Program-made: the position numbers and the translations under genes
DNA from: Epiperipatus broadwayi
Lineage: Eukaryota; Animalia; Onychophora
NCBI GenBank assembly: GCA_028023455.1
Contig: JAQFVV010000001.1
Location: 33,604,001 to 33,668,000, forward strand
DNA length: 64,000 bases
Direction of reading: 5' to 3'
Shown here: in pieces, positions 55,122 through 64,000 of the stretch
Layout: every line of letters begins with the position of its first letter
Numbering within the stretch: the first letter of the stretch is position 1
The notes under the pieces: model-generated
Database searches by the model: none
Told to the model about the DNA's origin: nothing
What the model saw: the letters and a program-made list of their open reading frames with translations, nothing else

Positions 55122-55978
55122 TTATTCATGTTGGTGGATTTTGTTTATTTCATTCATTATGCAAATGAATGCATTGTCATTTTTATGATTATCCAGAAAT
55201 TCGGCCAAATATGAATCCAGGTGTTGCCATGATATTCCTCGCTGTTGCTTATTATACCATTTCACTGAATCCCAAAGTCTTCCAATGTTTTGCATGTGAA
55301 CGCTAGTTTCTGGATTGATTAAATTATATTTATGATTCACACGAAAATGATCATAACCAGAATTTCTAAATTCATCGCTTTTGTATGCCTTTCAACAATC
55401 TGAATATATGGTAGAACCCTCTTACATTTTGCTTGATGGTTTCCATTGGAGTTGCCACTGTCCTATCACTAACTCTGATAAAAGACTCATCCATCTTCCA
55501 ACACAAGTCACCAAACCTCCACTGTTCAGGAGGATTTGTCTGGATTGATTTTTTTTTTTTGAAAAAAAAAAAAGGATCTCATTTATCTCAATGATTTTGT
55601 TAGGGCCTCCAATTTTTTGTGTTTAATGCTGTAGCATGGCAGTGGTACAAACTGTCCTCATGTAGTTATTCCAGTCAATCACCATCTTATCTGCTAAGCC
55701 GAGCTTTATTTTGCCCCATTCTATGGAGCTTAATTTCTGAGCTCAACTGTATATAAAATTATTCCCATTAAGAATGGGATTCTTGAAACCTCCAACCATG
55801 TTCCCTTACAAATGCCAATTCTACTGTTACATCCTTGAACGTTGCAATGTCATTGCTTGCCCAAGATATGAATGTAAATGCTCATAGTATGGCCATTCGG
55901 ACACATTTTTTGATATGGCAGGATTTTTTTTGCTTGGAAATATGATACAGCATTGATTGGCAGATTCCAAATTGTCAT
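55122..55978 (-). pseudogene. Merlin transposase pseudogene
   Basis: ATG at 55978: MTIWNLP..AVSYFQAKKILPYQKMCPNGHTM..Q*HCNVQGCNSRIGICKGTWLE (Zn-ribbon); VIDWNNYMRTVC; KIGGPNKIIEINE (IDES site); VSDRTVAT; VNHKYNLINPETSVHMQNIGRLW..QRGISWQHLDSYLAEF. Stops and frameshifts. An 85-nt GT-AG 5'UTR intron at 55988-56072. Confidence 0.9.
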
Positions 55979-56713
55979 CGTTTTGCTCTGTTAAACAAAC
56001 AAAATAAAAAGAACAATTAATTATGAAAATTATGCAAAGCAAATGAAAAAGAAAAAACAATTATTTACTCACTTAAAATCAAATGAATTAAGCAACAACG
56101 AAATTGAAATGGACAATAACTAAACTACAAAGCAAAAATTAGAAATGAAATCTTGACACAAACTGGGCAAAAAAAAAAAAATGTTTTTTTTTTTTTTTTG
56201 GGGGGGGGATTATTACCAGATCGGAGATTGGATAAAAAACACACTTTGATACAAGATCAGATAACAGCATTGCAGCATTTACTTGGTTTTATTTGACCTA
56301 ATTTCAATGTTACACATTTATCATGGATGTGAAAAGACGCAATAGGTCTAATACCTGTTCCACGTCATAGGACTAATACATAAGTACTAAACATAGTTAT
56401 TATGACTAGTGTCTAAAGGCAGATACAATGATTCTGTTTTAAAATATAATTTTTATCATGTTAAAATAATGAACAACTAAGAAAAATATTGTTTTGTCAA
56501 GTTTTTATCATAGTATTTCTGAGTATATATTTTAGGGCATTTAAATATATATATTACACCACTCTTTAGTTTTATTTTTTTTAGAATATATTTTTTGTTG
56601 TTAAAAATTATAGAAACAGCAAGCAAGACACATGGTTCTAATAATGTGAATAATTACTATAACATTATATGGATTAAAATTTTTAGTGTATTTATCAAGC
56701 AATTCTTTTAGAT

Positions 56714-57187
56714 CAGTGGTCTTCAACCTTTTCACACCTGCGGACCGGTAAAAATAAGGATAAGGTTTCGCGGACCTGCAGAAGTCTATAGATAAATTTT
56801 CTTAAAGATGAGCATAATTGTTATAACTGATCAAAACAACAATGTTAAATATATAAGATAAAGTTTTATATATATATGGAGATAAAAAACTTTTTTTTTT
56901 AATTTTGATTTTTTTTAGAAAAGTAATAAAAAATTTAATTCTACCCCCCCCCCCATAAACATCTGTGATAACTAGAAAAACAAATTAATTTATGTATGAT
57001 TGATTAGATTTTGTTTTCGTTCTGTTTTTTTTTTTTTTAATTGGGTAAAAATGAGCTGAAAAAAATAAATAAAAATTGGTTATATTAATTAAAAATTTAA
57101 ACTCTTATTATTTTGTTATTATAAACTTTCTCTAACTGACCATTAGAAAAGTTCCACGGCCCGTGGACCAAGGGTTGAAGACCACTG
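56714..57187 (-). mobile_element. hAT MITE, same family as 45858-46346, opposite orientation
   Basis: TIRs CAGTGGTCTTCAACC / GGTTGAAGACCACTG; perfect 8-bp TSD TTTTAGAT at 56706-56713 and 57188-57195. The internal sequence is the reverse complement of the first copy. Confidence 0.92.
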
Positions 57188-57199
57188 TTTTAGATTAAT

Positions 57200-60100
57200 T
57201 ATTTGCTTTGGAATACAAAGTGTCTTAAAGATGATAAGTATGGACATGTTTCAAAAATGTGTATCATATTTTCTGGATGACTATTACATAAGATACATGC
57301 AATATCCATATTTAATTTAAAATGGTTAATGAGAAATATTTTTGTAGGAATTATATTAAGTAATAAGTTAAGTAAAAAATTTAGCCATTGTTAAGGAACA
57401 TATATTTTATAATAATTAAAGTTTTGGCAATTGGGAGAGTTGGCCTTTGATGTCTGTTAGAATGTATAATATTTTTCAGATCTTTAAATGAAACACCAAT
57501 TAAAGACTTGATGTTATAATTGTCCCACAGATCTGCATGCTCAATACTGTGATCGGTATAAAAATAAATAACTTGCATATAGAAGTCAAGCAATATTATA
57601 GGTGGAGGAATGGCTTTGAGGACTGGATTAATTATGGTTGTGATGTACATTTTAGCTCTGATATAGATTACAGCATATTAGATTAAGACTATCTTTACAA
57701 ATAGGAAAATCGAGCACTTGTAATTGTTAGAAGATATGATGTTGATCCCCAGATGTATGATTTTATTGTGGTCATGATATTTTTCACAGCATTCCATAAG
57801 AATTGCATCATTGGACTATAATAAGTAAGTATACCACTCAGAATAGCATTGACAATACAAACTTTTACTATAGGGTGAAGCGATTTTGGGCAGACGGTTT
57901 TTATTTTTGTATTGAATTTGTTTATGATCACATGATTTAGATGATGGCATAATTATGTTTTAGTAAATTAGGTGGAATTCAGAGCAAAGGTGAGCGTGTA
58001 TCTGTGAAGAACAAAGGTAGATTGTGATCTGTCACTATCTACCTGACTTGTAAACTTGTATTGTAGATCCTGTTAGGGTTTCAAATTTGTTAAAAATATG
58101 AAGAATGAGAGGAATGTTTTGCAGGTCTCTGAAGACTATCAAGACATCATCAATAAAAGATATCACTTTAACAGTAGTATCAAGGTGAGGAAGGAAGACA
58201 CCTGCGCACTGTTCAATGTCTTTGATCATGGGATCTATATATATATTGCAAATACTAGTAAAGCAAATGGTGAGCCTTCTGGAATACCTCAGCTCGGTTT
58301 AAACGAAAGAAAGATGGATGTAATTTTTGAGTGTGATAGATCAATAGTAAGATAATTAGATGTGTATGACTTGGCAGAAGTTTGCTTAATGTGCTAAATA
58401 AATATTCCCAGTTTACTGGATCAAAAGCAGACAAAGTTAATCGGATGCAAGATAACTCATTAATTTATTTTGTTTTGCATATAATATTGGACTCCTGTGC
58501 TAATAGAATAACTCCAGATGAATGGTGGGCTTTCACTACATAATATTATGAGGAATGTTTGGGGAGGATAAGGTCATTTAGTTGTTTAAGAATAATTCCT
58601 GCAAATATTTTTTGATTATTATCCTCCAGTATGATTGATGGATTAAAGCTTTTGACTTTTTTCTAACACAGAAAAATTACATCTGTGGATAGGTTAAGTA
58701 TGTAATATTCATACAAACAAAGTTGATTATAATACTTATGTAAATTGGGAGAGATTATATAATTTACTTACTTATACATATTAGTCGGAATAATATTAGC
58801 TGGTGAGATGTGAAAATGTAAGTGCATAATTTCATCAAGAATTTGTTGCTTTGAGATGTAATAATTTTCAGGAAGATACATGTTACAGTTAGTAGAGGAT
58901 AGATGATAATCAACTGGTTATTTAGAATATTTTTTAAGTGATTAAGAAGTTCGATATCAAAGTTGATGCCTGACACAAGTATATTTTCTCTCAACAAAAT
59001 TGGAGTACAATGGGCATAAGAGTATGTTGATTTTGCTTAATATACTGTAGTGTTTTTATTGTATTGAAAGATTAGGGATTACTTTTCTAAGCCTAAATAC
59101 CATGACATTTTGGTTATAAAGAGCAGTTAGATGTTTAGCTTCACTTTGTAGTCAACGAATAAGAAGTTTTGCATTATTGAATTTTGTCATAGCTTGAAGA
59201 GTTCAATTGCTGTCATCAATATGTTATTTACAAGATTATTTGAAGGATAATGTTAATTAATCAGAATAACAATCATTTAGAAATCTTTTTAGTAGTATCC
59301 ATATTTCAATCAAAGAGAGATTCTGCAGGTGATAAAAATAATTACTGACAATTAATATATTGGGGATATCTTAAATTTCTTAGGAATTTGCCATTTGAAT
59401 GTAAATTTATAAATTGTTGGTTTATTTAGAAGGGTACTTTGTGTGAGGGTTACAGAAATATGGTCAGAAAATGAAACATTAAGCAGGTGAATTGAAGTTT
59501 TGAAGTCAGTAGGAGAAACAAAAAAGAGATCAATAAGAAAAGATCCTAGAGGATAGGGTGATATTAGTGGTAGCAAGGCCAATTGATTGAGCTTTAGTTT
59601 CAAAGTGGATGGGAGATCATTATAGGAGCAATTAAAATCACCACAAATGATAGTTCAACTAGACTCCTATATGATTTTACTTTGGGCAATGGGATGAGTA
59701 GTTACAATGTCTTTTGCTTTTTCGCATGAGTATAAGATAGTATAACTGTGACTGAAAAGTAAAGGAAATAATAATTGCATTAACTGACACAAATATTATT
59801 ATAATCTTGTCAATGGAAGTTGTGTACTAATTAGGAACATGTCTTGTTTTGGTCTGATGTTGGACTTATGAGCAAGCATGTATTTACTGTTTAGAGTGTT
59901 TACAATGATTGATTTGGTTGATAAAGTAATTTTTGTTTCTGTAATGACAAAAATATAAGCATGGTGATTATTTAGAAATGGACATAGTTGAGAGATTCTA
60001 TTGTATGCGTTAAGATGTCACACATTTATTGTGGATATTTTTATGCTTGAAATATGTTTTTGAAGAATTGGAATGAAGCTTTTTGCCTGGTATCAGAATG

Positions 60101-61800
60101 AAGTATTTTAGCTCTTTTATTATTTTCATTGCTGGAGGAGGTAATTTTTTCAGGTGTTTCACAATTTTTTATTTTTAGTAGTTCTGGATAATTTTTAGTG
60201 CATATAATATTTTAGTTATAACACAGAACTGAATTCTGTGTATGATTTTTGTTCAGATCCATGGATTGTTATTAATGATTATCAGTAAGTGAATTTTGAG
60301 ATTGATTCTCGTAACTGCAATGGGTTGGTGGTATACTGGTACTGCATCCTTGATTGGATTATGTTACATCAGATTCTTGATAGGCAATACTTGTAGATTG
60401 TAGTGCAGGTGAAGTTTTATTGTTAATGTGATAACATGTCTAAAATGAGCATGTTATTTTTAGAAGCTACCCTAGCCCATGAAGTTGTCTTATGTTTGTT
60501 GTTGCACAAATTACCAAGTCTATCAATTTTGCCACAATTGTTGCAATTTCCAACATTGCATTGAGAAGCAATATGTGAAATTTGGCGTTGCTGACTTTTA
60601 ATATCTAACCTTAATGAGGATTGTTTGCATGAAATACAATGTGGAAGTTCTTCTGATACGTTTCCCTGTTTCATTTTTAGTGTGATCTTCCAAGATTTAG
60701 TTGGAATTTCAAATTTTATGTTTGCAATAAGTTCTTGATATACTTATGACTTGAACAATGTCATCTATATTTTTTTGTAAAAATTCTATGAAATCAGAAG
60801 GAACATGAATAATACAACCATGTACAATTGAATTTGGATCTTTAGTTTCATAATATAACTTTTTAAAATTTAGATGCTTAATTGTGTTCTCTGCTTCTTC
60901 ACGCTGTTGTTTTGAAAAAATATTATAATGCTATAAATAATCTTGCTGACAAAGTAGTTGTAGATTAAATGGTTTTGATCTTGTTATATTTCTGGAGTTT
61001 TGATTGTTATATTTCTTGAGCTCTTTTAAATAATCGGATAGTGAAGGAGGAGATAGTATTGGTTTATTATCTGATGGATCATAGTTGTCTGTCACACTAA
61101 TAATTGATCTGGTGGGTGAAAGACTATTTGCAAATATCTTTCCCCAGTAATCTATTTAGTTTACCAAAGGATGCGTGTTTAAGTGTATTAGTTTCTTCAT
61201 TTTTAAATAAAATCTAAAATTTATGTGTTGTTATTAGAACTAAATATTGGAATTTTTGCTTGTTTGTTTTCAACATAATTTTTTGTTTTTGCTTTATTTT
61301 TGAGAGTTCCACTGGGTTAATTGCAACTGAAACACCATTATCGTGGTTATTAGAGATTTAAATTTTCATAAGCGTTTTTTGTGTGCTAAAAATATTGAGT
61401 GTGACTTCATTCCATCCATTTTATTGAATGTATTCCATTTGCTCACCCCATGTAGCAATTTCCTGGGTAACTAACTTCAATGGGGGATATTTTTTCAAAG
61501 ATTTGACATAACTTTATTATTGTTATTGGTTTTTGCAACATTTTTAAAAATATCTTTTTTTACTATATTCTCTTTTTTAACTTCATGGAGAGCACAAAGG
61601 TTGTCTGCAGTTTTTTTTCATATTTTCATTATTTTTTGTTTTACTTAAGATTTTTGAATTTTTACCTTTTTTGCAAAATGTTTGGATTTTTAGTTGATTT
61701 GATTCTAAAGTTGCTGTAAATATTTTATTGGAAATTATGCTGATGTCTGGAAGATTATTGTATCTCACTTTACTTATCTTTTGAGGAGATGTGTTAATAT
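57200..61800 (-). mobile_element. L1/Tx1-clade non-LTR retrotransposon (ORF1 gag-like plus ORF2 APE-RT), decayed
   Basis: ORF1 has degenerate CCHC knuckles (CISCKQ..; SHIASQC; CNNCGKIDRLGNLC) at ~60500-60645. ORF2: STINV..VITETK (~60040-59930), CGDFNC (~59640), IDLFFVS..SFSDH (~59460-59520), LFVDYKVK (NxDYKIL site, ~59150), GIPEGSPFALLVFAIYIDPM, ISFIDDVLIV, FETLTGSTIQVYKS (~58040-58290). Ends are approximate. Confidence 0.85.
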
Positions 61801-62399
61801 CAATAGTTATTAGTAATAACAGCTGTTAAAAAACTGCCAAATTAAACTTTTATACTGACAGCCATATTAGCATTCACTATATCTTTTTTTAATACATGCT
61901 TTATTTAACAAATTGTGTTTCAGCAAGATAGCAGCCATATCTTATAGTATTTCAAAATGTTGATTGTAAAATATTTAAATTTAGTTTTTTAAAAAATAAT
62001 CACTACAAATCCTATTATACAAATTAGTGCTTTTTTATATATATATTAATAATATGCTTAGTAAAATATTTATTAATTACTTATTGATTCTTTTAAAAAA
62101 AAACAAAAAAACAATTAGGCTGTGTTTTAAAGTCAAATATTTAACATTTATTGTAATTTTTGAATCTTGAAAAATTAAATTATTTACTACAGAAAACAAT
62201 AATAATTATTTTTTTATGTGAGGTTTTTTATTTATGAGATGTGTTTTAGAACCAATTACTCTTATTGATAAGCTTCCTGATTTTTATCTGTCAATGTCAA
62301 ATATTTATTTTTCTGGATTTTTTCATTTCTTGATTTACATTGTGTCACAAATATCAAATATCTAGTTCTATTGCCCAGTAAGAAATTGTATCCCTCTTT

Positions 62400-62710
62400 T
62401 ATTGTTATCTACCCCCCTCCATTTTTTTTTTTTTTAGCTCCCCTGATTATTATATATATATTGTACTAATTTATTACCAGTTTTTCAGTATTACTCTTTG
62501 TCTTCAATACTTATTCTTCTGTGTCTTTATTTCATTTTATATTTAGAAGGTACTGTACTCGGGTATATCCATTTTTTTGAAATCGATCTCAATCTCTGTA
62601 TCATGTATAAGATTATACTAAATCCTTCAATTCTTGATCTTGTTTCAGTGTATTATTTTATTTGTCTGTTATAACATCTTAAATGCTTTTTCACGCAGTA
62701 TCTGTATTAT
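62400..62710 (-). mobile_element. Possible Penelope RT C-terminal remnant
   Basis: REKAFKML..QELKDL..FQKNGYTR loosely follows the RA..C..EL..L..NGYP pattern. Confidence 0.2.
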
Positions 62711-64000
62711 TATTAATAATATTTTATTATTTTTGTTTCATTTTGAATTGAATGTTACTTAGAACACTAATGATGTTATATGAAAATAGATAGTTTTTGT
62801 GTCAAATTTTTAGACTTTTATTTTTACTAAATATAGGTAGGCTAATGTTTTATCAGGGCTGTTTCATTTTTAAATTTAAATGCAATCTATCCCCCCCCCT
62901 CCTTTTTTTTTTTTTTTTACAAGATTATAAATGTTCATTGCTGTATGATATTTCACCAGTTGGAAAATTGGTTATCAGATTTTATATTTCAGCCATCTGT
63001 TGCTTTTTAATATATATATATAATTGCTTTCGTTTTTTTTCTTCAAAATTTTAACTAATTTTTTAAAAAATGTATATATAAAGCTTAAAGTTGTAAATGT
63101 TCTCCCAGACTATATGTCAAATCTAAGTAATATATATATATATTTGACAACTGAAGACTTTTAAGCAATTATTTTTAAAAAAAAAAATTGGTTGTCTAAT
63201 AATCAATTCAGCTAGCCATTCAGTTAATTAATGTATTCATCTATTATAAACTAAAGTGTATTAACTTGATGAGCATAGTTTTTTTACTTCACTTTTTTTT
63301 TTCTATAGGAATATTTTTAGATGCTTCTTCTCTTGCTAGACTATTTTAACATCTGTTACTATGCCCCTATATATCTATAAGGACTGTAAAAAATAATGGA
63401 ATCACATTTGATTATTTTATTAATTAGGCATGGGGCATTATTTACCCGAAATAATTTTTGTATTATAAATTGAATGAAATTGTATAGCAATAATGCAAAC
63501 TATGGCTAATGATTTGTGTGTGATTCCCAAAGCTACTCTGTGTAGTTCCTGAGACAATGTGAATATTGCTTTTTGTTACTATTTTTCCTAAATTTTATAT
63601 TAACCATATATAGTAGTATAGTGTTTATTTACCATCTAGAATATTTTATTTTATAAATGTTTTAAAAATAAATTAAATAGCAGATATTTTCAAATTCACA
63701 AATTTTTATCTTTTAAATGATAACAGTTAAAAAGCATTGTCAACAATATTATTACAGTATTTGTTTGGTAAAAATTTTGTTTTGATATTTGATGGCCTGT
63801 ATTACTACCACCAAAATTAGTTCTAAAAGTGACTATTGCAGCCCTAGAACATACACAAAAATTTGAAAAGTATTATATCTCCCCCTTATTATCAAAAAAC
63901 TTGCCCATCTTTGTTTCACATTTGATTATCAAGCCATTTCTCATATGAAAAAAAAACAGCTTATCTTATGTTTGTGAGAATGGTCATGAGCAGTGAGTAC

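Larger units (their letters stand above)
53921..56388 (-). mobile_element. Merlin (IS1016/ISXO2-like) DNA transposon, full extent, non-functional
   Basis: TIRs GGTACTTACATATTAGTCCTATGAC... (53921) and ...GTCATAGGACTAATACATAAGTACT (56388), similar over ~70 bp. 8-bp TSD AAATATAG (53913-53920) / AAACATAG (56389-56396). Merlin transposase remnants inside. Confidence 0.9.

Noticed and set aside
55827-56060. ORF with WPYYEHLHSYL resembling a MADF/Myb-SANT motif
   Set aside because: The alternative frame gives the Merlin Zn-ribbon (CPNGHTM...CNVQGC), colinear with the rest of the transposase.

Overview
A very AT-rich (roughly 70-75% by eye), CpG-depleted, homopolymer-rich eukaryotic window, probably invertebrate (arthropod-like; inference). 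I found no convincing host protein-coding exon. It reads as intronic or intergenic DNA full of transposable elements. (1) A Merlin (IS1016-like) DNA transposon at 53921-56388 has ~70-bp TIRs, an 8-bp TSD, a decayed transposase and a third internal TIR copy. (2) A decayed L1/Tx1-clade retrotransposon lies at ~57.2-61.8 kb. (3) An RTE-type LINE is split precisely by an unclassified 3.5-kb insertion with short TIRs and a TATA duplication. (4) Several fold-back insertions have Penelope-like architecture (11-15 bp TSDs), and two carry hammerhead-ribozyme motifs on both strands. (5) Smaller elements are two hAT MITEs with perfect 8-bp TSDs, four copies of a ~100-bp tRNA-Gly-derived SINE, and mariner, Tigger/pogo and RTE remnants. 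(6) Repeats include a ~700-bp (TATC)n array that is a LINE tail and a near-identical ~750-bp tandem duplication. One CpG-retaining patch at ~36.9-37.1 kb looks like a promoter with a non-coding first exon. All translations and alignments were done by eye, and boundaries without a TSD are approximate.
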